A stretch of DNA of 64,000 nucleotides from a bacterium. Lineage in GTDB: Bacteria; Bdellovibrionota_B; Oligoflexia; Oligoflexales; CAIYRB01. Under the pieces are notes generated by a model. That model saw nothing but the letters and a program-made list of their open reading frames with translations. It was not told the DNA's origin and did not search any database. Where the stretch lies: the NCBI GenBank assembly GCA_900299215.1, contig OMIY01000382.1, positions 10,206-74,205 of the forward strand, given 5' to 3'. Position 1 is the first letter of the stretch. Each line of letters opens with the position of its first letter. Shown piece after piece: positions 17,764 through 28,279 of the stretch. A program made the position numbers and the translations under genes.

Positions 17764-19146
17764 ATGGATCGAACTGGTAAAGCTCTCATACTAGTGCTTT
17801 CTCTAGCACTCCTTGCGACCACCCTGCCGATTTTTGCGGGTTACACGTTCGCATTCATCCTCTTAATCTGTCTGTTTGTATCAGGGTTGTGGCGTCGCTT
17901 AGCTCTGATCGCAAGAAAACAGCCAAACTGTCCGGAAGTTGTTTCAGGGGATCCCACCTGGCAAGCCTCAGCTTCGCTAAGGCCGATGACCTTGGGTTGT
18001 CTGGCTTTGGTATTAGGACACTTGATTGCGGCACTGACTGGAATTGTACTTTCGCCCTGGACTAAACCTTTGGGCCCCTCATTAGGCGCCTGGGTACATA
18101 CGGCCATCAAGTATGGGTTGTTGTGGTGTACTTTGGCTACTGGAATTCTCGCTGCGAGCTTCTACGGGTGGAGGCTTAGAAACGCTGGGCGAATTATGTT
18201 TTGGTGGCTTTTCGCCCTTTTGATCTATGTCGCTTTGCAGCATTGGACAGGTATTGATGTGGTGCATGGTATTAACGCCAAGCTAGGACCTCATCGCTAT
18301 GCATACGGTGTATATCGAGTATCTGGGCTAATGGGGCACCCTCTGACCTTTGCCTATAATCTGATGCTTGTGTGTCTTGCGTCTTTGGCAATGTCCTGGG
18401 GGCGGCAAGGTTCTTTTGGGTACAACGAGAAATGGTGGCTAGGTTGTTTTCTCTTGTCATCGTTTATGCTCTTAATATCCGGCTCTCGATATGTGCTTTT
18501 GGTAGTCATGGCTACGCTACTTATTTGCGAGCGTAGGAGAATTTGGCAACTTAGAAAACAAATCATTCCAATTATTGTTGGTGCTTTCGCGATCTTGTGG
18601 TTGGAGGGGTCAGCATTATCGCGATTTACTGAGATTTTTTCACAGAATCAGTCAATTGAAGAGCGATTTCCGCGCTTTGTCTTTTGGAAGTTGCATTGGC
18701 GTATGTTTCTGGATCATCCAATTTCTGGGGTAACACGATCTGGTTTACAAGATGCTATGCATGCTTACTTCGTAAGTATCGGAAAACATGATACAGTATA
18801 TGAAGCTCATAATCTTTTCCTACAGTATCTTGCCGATACAGGGTTAGTTGGTTTCACCGGCCTTTTAATTTGGATTGTGAGTGTGCTTGTTGGCTTGCAT
18901 AGATTGCCTCTCAGCAATTCTAGAGGAATTAGATATCTTTTAGTGGCCACCCTTCTCACCGCGCTCATGCAAAATAATCTTCGAGACTCCGCCTTTGTAT
19001 ATGCCCTCTGGTTCTATCTCGGTGCCTTGGTTGTTGATGGATCAATGGATCGCTTAAATCCTTTGGACACTTCGATTGATGAGCGAAAATCGCCTGAAAA
19101 TTTCATCCGCCGAACGCATTCAGCGTATCGTTCTGAGGGTTTGTGA
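17764..19146 (+). CDS. O-antigen ligase/polymerase (Wzy_C)-family integral membrane protein
   Basis: About 10-12 predicted TM helices and a SGSRYVLL...HNLFLQYLADTGLVG region typical of WaaL/Wzy_C proteins. Confidence 0.65.
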   Translation: MDRTGKALILVLSLALLATTLPIFAGYTFAFILLICLFVSGLWRRLALIARKQPNCPEVVSGDPTWQASASLRPMTLGCLALVLGHLIAALTGIVLSPWTKPLGPSLGAWVHTAIKYGLLWCTLATGILAASFYGWRLRNAGRIMFWWLFALLIYVALQHWTGIDVVHGINAKLGPHRYAYGVYRVSGLMGHPLTFAYNLMLVCLASLAMSWGRQGSFGYNEKWWLGCFLLSSFMLLISGSRYVLLVVMATLLICERRRIWQLRKQIIPIIVGAFAILWLEGSALSRFTEIFSQNQSIEERFPRFVFWKLHWRMFLDHPISGVTRSGLQDAMHAYFVSIGKHDTVYEAHNLFLQYLADTGLVGFTGLLIWIVSVLVGLHRLPLSNSRGIRYLLVATLLTALMQNNLRDSAFVYALWFYLGALVVDGSMDRLNPLDTSIDERKSPENFIRRTHSAYRSEGL

Positions 19147-19870
19147 GGCAAAAATACCGGTCGTATTGAGAGTGGTGGGAGCAAATTCAGCGATTGCGAT
19201 TAAGGCTCGAGCGCACGAAACCAAAGGTCCGACTTCCAATCAGCCATTTGTGAGCTTCAGCGGGATATCTAAGGCCGGGATGGCAATGATTGAAAAGGGC
19301 CGGGGCATTCAGGTTGAATTTGCCACAATGGCAACAAAGATCATGTTTACCTCTCCAGTTTTGGATATCGGTGAATCATGGGTCCGTGTCGGTTTCCCCA
19401 AGACTTTAGTAAGTCTCGAGCGTCGCAGTTCAGACAGATACGTCTGTCGTGATCATTTGATGTCTTTTTTGAGCTTTAGTCTTTGGGAGCCAAAAGTTAA
19501 TGATGTCCTCGCTCCTCCGATGTATGCGCATCAAAAGGAGTCTGGAGCAATGGTCACAATTGCTGACATAAGTGTGGGTGGTATTTGCGTAGTGACCAGA
19601 TTTCCCTCAATTTGCTCTGTATTCTTTCGCGGAGTGGTAGACGGTCGAGCACTTCTCCATTTGCCAATGCAGATTCCTCTGCCTGTGGAGGCAGAGGTTC
19701 GTTGGATCAAAAAAATAAAGGAACATGTGGCTCAACCAAAGGCTGATGGAACGATTTCTTTGTATACTCGGTCTTATAGATTAGGTCTTCAGTTCCGAAA
19801 TCAGAGCGAAAGTTCAAAAATAGCAATTAAGCAATTCACACAGCAGCTAGCGCTGAAGGATGCGATATGA
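19076..19870 (+). CDS. PilZ-domain (c-di-GMP-binding) protein, YcgR-like two-domain architecture
   Basis: RRSSDR (RxxxR) followed by ADISVGGICV (D/NxSxxG). It overlaps the preceding gene by 71 nt. Confidence 0.7.
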   Translation: MMSENRLKISSAERIQRIVLRVCEAKIPVVLRVVGANSAIAIKARAHETKGPTSNQPFVSFSGISKAGMAMIEKGRGIQVEFATMATKIMFTSPVLDIGESWVRVGFPKTLVSLERRSSDRYVCRDHLMSFLSFSLWEPKVNDVLAPPMYAHQKESGAMVTIADISVGGICVVTRFPSICSVFFRGVVDGRALLHLPMQIPLPVEAEVRWIKKIKEHVAQPKADGTISLYTRSYRLGLQFRNQSESSKIAIKQFTQQLALKDAI

Positions 19871-20733
19871 TGCAACGAATTTTTTTAATCGTAATAACTT
19901 GTTTGATGACCTTGGGGTGTTCAACTTGGGAAAAGTTGACGAGAAAAGAAGTGGTCGTTGTTGAACCAACAAAGACGGTCAAAGTGGAAGCAAAGCAGGA
20001 ATCATCCGAGCATACAGAGCATGATGGTGCATTAAAGGACGAGAGAGACTTAAAGGTAGCAAAATTGTGGGCTCGTGTAGATGAACTTGAAGAAGAAGTT
20101 TATCGCCAAAAAGAGAGAATAGTAATTCTGGAGCGGGGCATGACATTAGGCTTAGTTCCGGAGGAACTCAAATATCCAGAGCGTTCCAAGAGCGCTAAGA
20201 GTGTTTCTGGGGTTTCAGCCACTTCACTTCCGCAACCAAAGGTGAATGTTGAGGAACAGGCAATTCCGAAAATGCCGGCGGTGATACTGGAGGTAAAAAA
20301 ATCGGAAGAAAGTGACAAGAAGTCAACACCAAACCAATCTAACGATCGCGAAGAATATGAACTTGCTGTTGCTGCTGCTCACGACAGTTTCCGCTCAGGA
20401 CGTTACGGCCGAGCCATAGTCGAATATTCTGCAATTGGTAAGAAGTTTGGTGATCAAATCGATGGAGCTATGCATCTCTATTGGATTGCAAAGAGTTGGG
20501 CCAACCTTAAGGAGTTCAATACTTCTAAGCAGCAGCTAGAGGATTTCATAAAAAAGCATGGAGACAGTCCTTGGACACCAAGAGCAAAGCTAGATCTTGG
20601 ACGGGTAGAATGGCAGCTGGGTCTTAGAGAGTCAGCCTTAGCTACATTTAAGTCGGTTATACAAAAATACCCTTTGGCTGATGCTGCAGAGATGGCCCGG
20701 ATGGAGTTAGAGAATCTAAGTAAAAAGCTTTGA
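19867..20733 (+). CDS. CpoB/YbgF-like lipoprotein (coiled coil plus C-terminal TPR)
   Basis: Lipobox LGCS; coiled coil (VAKLWARVDELEEEVYRQKERI); C-terminal YbgF-type TPR (AHDSFRSGRYGRAIVEY...IQKYPLADAAEMARMEL). 4-nt overlap with the PilZ gene. Confidence 0.6.
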   Translation: MMQRIFLIVITCLMTLGCSTWEKLTRKEVVVVEPTKTVKVEAKQESSEHTEHDGALKDERDLKVAKLWARVDELEEEVYRQKERIVILERGMTLGLVPEELKYPERSKSAKSVSGVSATSLPQPKVNVEEQAIPKMPAVILEVKKSEESDKKSTPNQSNDREEYELAVAAAHDSFRSGRYGRAIVEYSAIGKKFGDQIDGAMHLYWIAKSWANLKEFNTSKQQLEDFIKKHGDSPWTPRAKLDLGRVEWQLGLRESALATFKSVIQKYPLADAAEMARMELENLSKKL

Positions 20734-20750
20734 GAGAAAGGCGCCCCATT

Positions 20751-22247
20751 ATGGCCAAGCGCATATTTTTCAATTTGCTCATATCAATATCGTTACTGAC
20801 TTTGATAACCGAGGTTACTTTTGCTGAGGACGCTCTGCAAAAGGCAACACCCAAAGATAACCAAGATGAGACCACAAGCTCAGAAGTCGAAGATACTCTA
20901 AGACCATCGCCGCAAATTTTAATTCCAGCCGTATCTGCTCCCAAAAATGCTACTAATGCACCGACAAGTGTTCCAGAAATAAACCCATTACTGGAAGTGC
21001 CCGAGATCACAAATAGTGACGATGACATTCCATTGGGTAATTTTAGTTCGCCACCACTAGGAAACGATTTTGCCGGAGCACCACCAGTTCCTGGCACTAT
21101 TCGAGGTTTAGCCGAAGGTGAGGCTCCGGAGGAGTATACTATCGAGGAAGGTGATACCCTCATCGACATTTGTGACCAACTACTCGACGAACCTGGCTAC
21201 TGGCCTAAACTTTGGTCTTTAAACCCTGAAATCAAAAATCCACACTTCATTTTCCCCCTAATGCGGCTGCGGTTTTACCCTGGGGATGATGAGGTGCCTC
21301 CATATTTGCAAGTTGTTTCAGAGGACGATGTCGTACCTATTGATAAACAAGATTTGCAAGAGACACAGTTGATTTCTGAACCCGTTAGTCGTGCTGCAAA
21401 GTCGATAATTCATCGCAAAAAAACGGGAGAAACAACTGACCCATCAGCAGAAAAATTAGTAACGCCAGTGGTCAAAGCTTTCCAAAGAATGTTTGCAGAA
21501 GTGATCGGGGTCGACGGGGTTGGGGATCTTCCCGAGCTACCCATGATGGGTGGTAGGATATTTGAGGGAACATCTATGATTACAAATATTCCCGGTTTTA
21601 TTTACGGGGATGAAGTTGATCCTAGTGGCTATGTAGTGGCAGGTAGACTCGGTCAGTTTTCAGCCGCTCAGGGTGAAGAACTTATTGTCGAGTCAGAGAA
21701 AGGACTACAAGCGGGGACCAAATATACAATTTTACGAGACGTCGGGAAGGTAGTGAGCAGCCGCACCGATGACAAAGTTGGTTATAAGTATGAGTACGTA
21801 GCCACAGTGCGCCTTGATCGCGATCTCGGCGAGAGCCGATTTAGGGGCATTATTCAGTCGAGTAGACTTGGGGTTGCACCAGATGATTTGCTGGTCCCTT
21901 ACATCAACATCGAACGTGTCATACCCCATGATGATGGTGCTCAATCCTCTCAAAAGGTAGAAGCATCAATTATTGGCTGGGAAAATCAAGATCAAGAGAA
22001 TGGTGGTAAGGGGAATTACGCTTTTATTGATAAAGGCCGAGACGGTGGAGTTTCCGTCGGCTCCACTTTCGCGATTTACTCGACGCCTGGTTATTTGATT
22101 GGTGAGCTTAGTGAGCTGTCAAGCCTAGTTGATTATCAACAAATCGGAATCATGAGAATTGTCGATGTGACCGATGTGGCTGCCGTTGGTTATATCACTA
22201 ATAATACCTCCGAATTGCGTATCGGTGACATGACATACAAGCCGTGA
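20751..22247 (+). CDS. LysM-domain secreted protein
   Basis: Signal peptide MAKRIFFNLLISISLLTLITEVTFA; LysM segment YTIEEGDTLIDICDQLL...LWSLNPEIKNPHFIFP. The C-terminal ~330 aa are of unknown function. Confidence 0.65.
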   Translation: MAKRIFFNLLISISLLTLITEVTFAEDALQKATPKDNQDETTSSEVEDTLRPSPQILIPAVSAPKNATNAPTSVPEINPLLEVPEITNSDDDIPLGNFSSPPLGNDFAGAPPVPGTIRGLAEGEAPEEYTIEEGDTLIDICDQLLDEPGYWPKLWSLNPEIKNPHFIFPLMRLRFYPGDDEVPPYLQVVSEDDVVPIDKQDLQETQLISEPVSRAAKSIIHRKKTGETTDPSAEKLVTPVVKAFQRMFAEVIGVDGVGDLPELPMMGGRIFEGTSMITNIPGFIYGDEVDPSGYVVAGRLGQFSAAQGEELIVESEKGLQAGTKYTILRDVGKVVSSRTDDKVGYKYEYVATVRLDRDLGESRFRGIIQSSRLGVAPDDLLVPYINIERVIPHDDGAQSSQKVEASIIGWENQDQENGGKGNYAFIDKGRDGGVSVGSTFAIYSTPGYLIGELSELSSLVDYQQIGIMRIVDVTDVAAVGYITNNTSELRIGDMTYKP

Positions 22248-22284
22248 AGCTCTGACAAAATTTCAGTACTTTTGATCACTTCTC

Positions 22285-23286
22285 TTGATCAAGATGATGT
22301 CTCTAGAGTTTTTGCCAGCCCCATTGGAGATTGTTTTGCAGGGGGGGCAAATGAACAGTCGGGCGTTGACAATTGTGACTCATGTTGCATCTCAATTGAT
22401 GTACCGTTGGATTCCTCCGGTGAGCAATGACAATTTTGTGCACCTACCACCATTTGATGTTGAGGCGGCGCGTGAGAGAGACTGGCTTGAGTTCATCTCG
22501 TATTTAACTTTGACGTCAGACTATGTGAATTCCTGGTGGCCAAAGTTTCAAAAGAAGATGCGAGATGATGGGCGTCAACTTGCAGCGGCAATTTATACGC
22601 ATTTGGCTGCAATTCGGATGTCCGGTGCTCATTATGTGGTCTATAGCGATGAATCCTATCCACAAATTTTGCGGCATATGACAGACGCCCCCTTAGGATT
22701 GACGTTCACTGGTGACCCTTCTCTTTTTGACCGTTTCGCAGTGAGTGTTGTTGGCTCTCGGAAAGCTTCTCCTTTTGCAATACAACAAAGTCAGACCGTT
22801 GGTACTATGCTTGCTGAGCGGGGTGTCGTCGTAGTGAGTGGTGGAGCGTTTGGATGCGATATAGCGGCTCACTTTGGCGTTTTAGCTGGTGGGATTAAGC
22901 CGGCACCAGCGATCTGCGTCTTTGCCGGTGGCTTGCAATCTCTCTACCCGCGATCCAATTATGCGATTTTTGCCAAGTTGCGAGGGCGATCGGGGATTAT
23001 GCTGACTGAAAGGTTGTGGCAGGCTCCTTGTCGACCAGCTGATTTTACGGCTCGCAATCGTATCATTGCGGGCCTCTCTCGGATCACACTAGTTATGCAG
23101 GCCGCTCAGCGTTCTGGTGCGCTGGTGACTGCCCGGCGGGCATTGGACCAGGGAGCGGACGTTTATGTCCTTCAGCATCCGGCCGACGATATCCGAGCAG
23201 TTGGCAGTCACGCGCTAATGGGCGAAGGGGCACCAACATTTGCTGACGGCCAGGACCTGTTGCGCCAGCTGGATGGAGACCTTTAG
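22285..23286 (+). CDS. dprA: DNA-processing protein DprA (Smf)
   Basis: VSVVGSRKASP, VVSGGAFGCDIAAH, ARNRIIAGLS, GALVTARRALDQGADV. Confidence 0.85.
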   Translation: MIKMMSLEFLPAPLEIVLQGGQMNSRALTIVTHVASQLMYRWIPPVSNDNFVHLPPFDVEAARERDWLEFISYLTLTSDYVNSWWPKFQKKMRDDGRQLAAAIYTHLAAIRMSGAHYVVYSDESYPQILRHMTDAPLGLTFTGDPSLFDRFAVSVVGSRKASPFAIQQSQTVGTMLAERGVVVVSGGAFGCDIAAHFGVLAGGIKPAPAICVFAGGLQSLYPRSNYAIFAKLRGRSGIMLTERLWQAPCRPADFTARNRIIAGLSRITLVMQAAQRSGALVTARRALDQGADVYVLQHPADDIRAVGSHALMGEGAPTFADGQDLLRQLDGDL

Positions 23287-23381
23287 TCGGGAAGATCCAA
23301 CCTAGGGTGACTTGCATCAAATATCCGATACTGCTATGCCGGGAATAGGGGTTGTGTTGCCGGGACATAGATGGGTGGTGA

Positions 23382-23879
23382 ATGACGGCGAGTGAAGGAA
23401 CAAAACAGGAATGGTGGCAAGCAGTTCGCATTATTGCCGAATTGGTCCATAGGCAAGGTATACAACCAGATGATGACCGGCAAATCCGAGCCCAGCTGAT
23501 CGGGCAAGGATTTTCAGAGGCGGGTATTTGCCAAGCTTTAGACTGGATGGACAAAGCGTCGCTTTCTGGTAACCTGTTAGATTCATTAGCTATGCTTCAC
23601 GATGCACCATCTTCCCCGCGGGTTGAACATATGCTCGAACAGGTGTCGGTCCATCCCCAGTTGCTGAGAGCAGTGACCACGTGTAGGCAGCGGGCCTGGT
23701 TGCAATCTGATGTGGCCGAAAGACTGCTCGAGGGACTCAGAGTCATGGATTCTCGCGATTGGGACCGCCAGGAGATTGACGGGTTCCTGGCAGATGTTTT
23801 AGGGGTGTCAGTACCCAGTTTGGCTGGGTTGAGTTTAGAGTCACTACTGAGGCGCTGGCCTCGGGATCGATATAACTGA
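23382..23879 (+). CDS. smg: Smg (DUF494) protein
   Basis: 165 aa with a GFSEAGICQALDWM core, in the conserved position between dprA and topA. Confidence 0.65.
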   Translation: MTASEGTKQEWWQAVRIIAELVHRQGIQPDDDRQIRAQLIGQGFSEAGICQALDWMDKASLSGNLLDSLAMLHDAPSSPRVEHMLEQVSVHPQLLRAVTTCRQRAWLQSDVAERLLEGLRVMDSRDWDRQEIDGFLADVLGVSVPSLAGLSLESLLRRWPRDRYN

Positions 23880-23922
23880 GTTAAAAATGCGTCAGCTACA
23901 AGATCGGAGTAAGTAAGCGATC

Positions 23923-26250
23923 ATGGCTAAATATTTGGTGGTCGTCGAGTCTCCGACGAAAGTTAAAGCTCTCAAAAAATACTTAGGCAAGGACTATGAA
24001 GTTCTGGCGTCGAAGGGCCATGTGAAGGATCTTCCCGACAGATCTTTAGGTGTTGATATTGATAAAGATTTTGAGCCTCAATACGTCACCATTCCTGGCA
24101 AGGAAAAGGTGCTGCGTGAAATCAAAGCGGCAGCCGATGACGCCGAACATGTCTATCTGGCTCCCGACCCCGATCGCGAAGGTGAGGCTATCGCTTGGCA
24201 TATTGCCAGCGAAATCGGCAAGCCTGCCAGTCAGGTTCAGAGAGTGCTTATCCAGGAGATCACCAAAAAAGGTGTGCAAGAAGCAATAGGTCATCCTGGT
24301 GACCTCGATCCCAACAAATACGAATCTCAGCAGGCACGACGGATCCTTGACCGTTTAGTGGGTTACCAGATCAGCCCTCTTCTGTGGAAAAAAGTTAAGC
24401 GAGGCCTATCAGCAGGTCGAGTGCAAAGCGTAGCTGTTAGGCTGATCTGTGAAAGAGAAGGTGAGATCAAGCGTTTCAAACCGGATGAATATTGGACGAT
24501 CGATGCGGCATTGGACGCCAAAGTTCCACCCACAATCATTTCGCGATTGGTGTCGGTAGATGACCGCAAACTGGGCAAGGATTTAAAAATTGATAATGGC
24601 GACCTTGCAGCCGCTATTAAAAAGAGAATTTCAGCAGGTACCATCGAAGTCAAATCGGTGCAGCAAAGGGAGCGAAAGAAAAATCCGGTACCTCCGTTTA
24701 CGACTTCAAAGCTGCAGCAGGAAGCGTTTCGTAAGCTTGGCTTTAATGTTAAACGAACAATGTCGGTGGCTCAGAGCCTTTATGAGGGTGTAGATATTGA
24801 GGGCGAGGGGCCCCTAGGTCTCATCACTTACATGCGTACCGACTCAACGCGTATCGCCGATGATGCATTGACCGCAGTTCGAGGTTTTATCGAGACTAAG
24901 TTTGGTGCGGAAAACCTGCCGGAAAAGCCCGTCGTCTATAAGTCAAAGAAGTCTGCGCAGGACGCTCACGAAGCTATCCGCCCCACCACTCTCGACTACC
25001 CACCAGATCGCGTTGCTGATGTTTTAAGCAAAGAGCAGCTTTCGCTCTACCGTTTGATTTGGAATAGATTTGTTGCATGTCAAATGAAACCCGCCGTTTA
25101 CGATCAACTATCCGTCGACTTCGCTGCTGATAGCGGCAAAGTGGTTCTGCGGGCTACTGGATCTAGGCTAGTATTTAAGGGATTCTTGGAAGTCTACGAA
25201 GAGGGCCATGACGAAGAGCGTAGACGTGCAGACGAAGAAGAGGATCCAGAGCAAGTCAGTGAAGGCATCTTGCCTCCACTGAAGGAGGGCGACAAAGTTA
25301 AATTAAATAATGTCGACCTTCAGCAGCATTTTACTCAACCACCCCCACGCTTTAACGAATCGTCTCTGGTGAAAGAGCTCGATGAAAAAGGTATAGGCCG
25401 TCCTTCAACCTATGCCACGATCTTGTCAACCATCGTAGATCGAGGCTACATCAAAAAAACTGAGAACCGGTATGAGCCCACAGTACTAGGTGAAAAGGTT
25501 AATGAGCTCTTAGTGCAGGCCTTCCCCGACGTCTTGAGCGTTCTATTTACTGCTGGCATGGAGGAGAGCTTAGATAGGGTTGAAGAGGGCACCGCGCAAT
25601 GGCGTCAGCTTCTAAAAGACTTTTACTCTCCTTTCGCTTCCAAAGTTAAAGAAGCGGAAGGTTCCATGGTCAATGTCAAAGCTTCATCAGAGCCGACCGA
25701 TATCGTTTGCGATCGATGTGGCAGTTTCTTCCATATCAAATGGTCCTCGCGCGGAGAGTTTCTCGGCTGCTCAAACTATCCTAAATGTCGGGCAACGCGG
25801 GAATTCGTTCGGGATGCTGACGGCAAAATCATTGTCAACCAACCGAAATATACAGGTGATAAATGTCCCAAGTGCGGTAAGGACATGATACTGCGCAGCG
25901 GCAGATATGGTGACTACATCGCCTGCCAGGACTATCCTCAGTGTCCTACCGTGAAAAGTCCTCAATCTGACGTCAAGTGCCCTGAGTCGGGGTGCTCCGG
26001 CGGACTTGTGCCCCGACGTACTAAGGTAGGAAAGAACTTCTGGGGTTGCACCAATTATCCTGGGTGCCAGTATGCAGTCTGGGATAAGCCTATACCCAAA
26101 CCTTGCCCAGCTTGTAGCTTCCCAATTTTAACTGAAAGAACCACGAAAAAAGATGGCACTCGCTACATCTGCCCGTCGTGTAAAGCGGTCACTGAGGCGC
26201 CAGAGTCCTCTTCGCTAGAGTCTGCTTCTGAATCAGATACTGACGTTTAA
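23923..26250 (+). CDS. topA: DNA topoisomerase I
   Basis: Toprim (VVVESPTKVK, APDPDREGEAIAWH), active-site region GLITYMRTDS, and several C-terminal Cys4 zinc ribbons. Confidence 0.95.
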   Translation: MAKYLVVVESPTKVKALKKYLGKDYEVLASKGHVKDLPDRSLGVDIDKDFEPQYVTIPGKEKVLREIKAAADDAEHVYLAPDPDREGEAIAWHIASEIGKPASQVQRVLIQEITKKGVQEAIGHPGDLDPNKYESQQARRILDRLVGYQISPLLWKKVKRGLSAGRVQSVAVRLICEREGEIKRFKPDEYWTIDAALDAKVPPTIISRLVSVDDRKLGKDLKIDNGDLAAAIKKRISAGTIEVKSVQQRERKKNPVPPFTTSKLQQEAFRKLGFNVKRTMSVAQSLYEGVDIEGEGPLGLITYMRTDSTRIADDALTAVRGFIETKFGAENLPEKPVVYKSKKSAQDAHEAIRPTTLDYPPDRVADVLSKEQLSLYRLIWNRFVACQMKPAVYDQLSVDFAADSGKVVLRATGSRLVFKGFLEVYEEGHDEERRRADEEEDPEQVSEGILPPLKEGDKVKLNNVDLQQHFTQPPPRFNESSLVKELDEKGIGRPSTYATILSTIVDRGYIKKTENRYEPTVLGEKVNELLVQAFPDVLSVLFTAGMEESLDRVEEGTAQWRQLLKDFYSPFASKVKEAEGSMVNVKASSEPTDIVCDRCGSFFHIKWSSRGEFLGCSNYPKCRATREFVRDADGKIIVNQPKYTGDKCPKCGKDMILRSGRYGDYIACQDYPQCPTVKSPQSDVKCPESGCSGGLVPRRTKVGKNFWGCTNYPGCQYAVWDKPIPKPCPACSFPILTERTTKKDGTRYICPSCKAVTEAPESSSLESASESDTDV

Positions 26251-26256
26251 AAAAAT

Positions 26257-26287
26257 AGAGCCTCGTCGGAGTTGCCGACGAGGCTCT
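26257..26287. terminator. Bidirectional intrinsic terminator between the convergent topA and aspS genes
   Basis: AGAGCCTCGTCGG-AGTT-GCCGACGAGGCTCT, flanked by an A-run upstream and T-rich sequence downstream. Confidence 0.8.
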
Positions 26288-26308
26288 AATGCTTTTGCTC
26301 TGAAAATC

Positions 26309-28093
26309 TTACGATTTCTTTGCAGCTAATACTGCAGGATCAATCTTAATATGCACATCGCGAAGTTGCTTATCTAACACTTCTGCAGGTGCATTCATTA
26401 GCAAGTCCTGGCCTTTCTGATTCAGCGGAAATGCGATGATCTCTCGAATGCTAGACTCTTCTGCCAAAAGCATTACGATACGATCAATCCCGGGTGCGAT
26501 GCCGGCGTGAGGTGGTGCGCCGAACTTGAACGCTCGAATCATTCCACCAAACCTTTGGTCCACAGCCTCGGGAGGGTGGCCGGCTATTGCAAAGGCCTTG
26601 TACATAATTTCGGGAAGGTGATTTCGAACGGCTCCGCTGGATAACTCCACCCCGTTACATACCGAGTCATATTGGAATGCCTTGATTGTCAGGGGATCTT
26701 GATGATCGAGAGCGTGCATTCCCCCTTGTGGCATCGAGAAGGGATTATGAGAAAACTCAATCTGACCTTCATCATTGCGTTCATACATCGGGAAATCGAC
26801 AATCCAGCAGAATCGGTAAACATCTTTTTCGAGTAAATCTAAGTCTTCACCCAACTTAGTGCGCAATAGGCCGGCTAACTTGGCAGCCACGAGTTCCTTA
26901 TCGCAAATGAAGAATACAGCGTCACCGGACTTTACCTGACAAAGTTTTTGCAAAGTCGCCATTTGTTCCGGTTTGATGAATTTACCGATCGGTCCTTTGA
27001 CGCCCTCGTCCGTCCAAACTAGATATGCCAGGCCTTTCGCTCCAATGGAAGTTGCATGGTCGACTAGCTTGTCGTAAAAGCTTCGCGGTTTAGTTGCAAT
27101 TTGCGGGACCGCAATGGCTCTAACGACATCTCCGCCTGCAACTGCTGTTTTGAATGCTTTAAAATCAGTTTCCGCGAAAAATGAGCTGACATCGCATATT
27201 TCGAGTGGATTGCGTAAGTCAGGCTTGTCCGATCCATACTTAAGCATTGCTGTGTCAAAGCTGATGCGTGGGAACGGTGCAGGCGTGTGTCTTTTCGTCG
27301 AGAATTCGCCAAAGACCCCAGTCAGTAACTGCTCTACGACCGCAAAAACATCGTCCTGGGTGGCAAAACTCATTTCCATATCTAGCTGGTAGAATTCGCC
27401 GGGAGATCTATCAGCACGCGCATCTTCATCGCGAAAACAAGGCGCAATTTGGAAGTAGCGATCGAATCCACTTACCATAAGGAGCTGTTTAAACTGCTGA
27501 GGAGCCTGCGGAAGTGCGTAGAATTTCCCGGGATGTAGACGACTTGGTACTAGAAAGTCTCGTGCACCCTCAGGGGAGCTGCTAGTTAAGATTGGGGTTT
27601 GAAATTCATTAAATCCAAGATCGATCATGCGTCGTCTGATGCTGGATATCACCTTTGAACGCAAGATGATGTTGCGTTGCATCTTTTCGCGTCTGAGGTC
27701 CAGAAAGCGATATTTAAGGCGATGCTCTTCTGTCACTTCCTCATCAGTGTCCAAAACAAATGGCAACACCTCAGCATTGGAATGCACAGTGTATTCATCT
27801 ACGACGACTTCGATTTCACCAGTAGGCATATTGGGGTTGATAGTGTTGTCGTCGCGACGAATCACTCGCCCGGTGATCGTGATGACGCTCTCAATGCGTT
27901 GGTGAGTCGCAGCTTCAAAAAAACTACGACTTGGTTGGATTACTACTTGAGTGAGACCGTAATGATCGCGCAGGTCAATAAACAGTAACTGACCGTGGTC
28001 GCGTTTGCGAAAAATCCATCCAGACAGACGGACGGTTTGGCCGACATCTTGAGCTCTTAGTTGGCCGCAGGTATGGCTGCGATAAGCATGCAT
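26309..28093 (-). CDS. aspS: Aspartate--tRNA ligase
   Basis: Start set at [13 protein letters not shown] (ATG at 28093-28091), matching canonical AspS N-termini. Class II motifs FRDED, GGMIRAF-like, [11 protein letters not shown]. Confidence 0.95.
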   Translation of the reverse strand: MHAYRSHTCGQLRAQDVGQTVRLSGWIFRKRDHGQLLFIDLRDHYGLTQVVIQPSRSFFEAATHQRIESVITITGRVIRRDDNTINPNMPTGEIEVVVDEYTVHSNAEVLPFVLDTDEEVTEEHRLKYRFLDLRREKMQRNIILRSKVISSIRRRMIDLGFNEFQTPILTSSSPEGARDFLVPSRLHPGKFYALPQAPQQFKQLLMVSGFDRYFQIAPCFRDEDARADRSPGEFYQLDMEMSFATQDDVFAVVEQLLTGVFGEFSTKRHTPAPFPRISFDTAMLKYGSDKPDLRNPLEICDVSSFFAETDFKAFKTAVAGGDVVRAIAVPQIATKPRSFYDKLVDHATSIGAKGLAYLVWTDEGVKGPIGKFIKPEQMATLQKLCQVKSGDAVFFICDKELVAAKLAGLLRTKLGEDLDLLEKDVYRFCWIVDFPMYERNDEGQIEFSHNPFSMPQGGMHALDHQDPLTIKAFQYDSVCNGVELSSGAVRNHLPEIMYKAFAIAGHPPEAVDQRFGGMIRAFKFGAPPHAGIAPGIDRIVMLLAEESSIREIIAFPLNQKGQDLLMNAPAEVLDKQLRDVHIKIDPAVLAAKKS

Positions 28094-28279
28094 GCACAGG
28101 CTCCTTAGTGGTGACTCGGGACGGTAGCGTAATACCACGGATTCCCAATTGTAAAATACGCCAGAGTTTTGGCCAAATTCTTCGACGAGTGACATCTGAG
28201 TCAAAGGTTTCCAAGTCCCTGGCAAGGTCTTAGGGCCCAGGTTATCAGTTGTCCCCACTGTAGATGGAGGTTTGGGCGC

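Noticed and set aside
17667-17822. 52-codon extension of ORF 17067-17822
   Set aside because: The internal Met yields a clean signal peptide, whereas the extension overlaps the divergent Wzy_C-family gene start.
19076-19146. The 71-nt overlap between the Wzy_C-family gene and the PilZ gene, considered as evidence of a frameshift or fusion
   Set aside because: Both reading frames look intact and the PilZ N-terminus (ISSAERIQRIVLRV...) resembles a genuine PilZN-type start. There is no homopolymer at the junction. The overlap is noted as unusual but not called a pseudogene.
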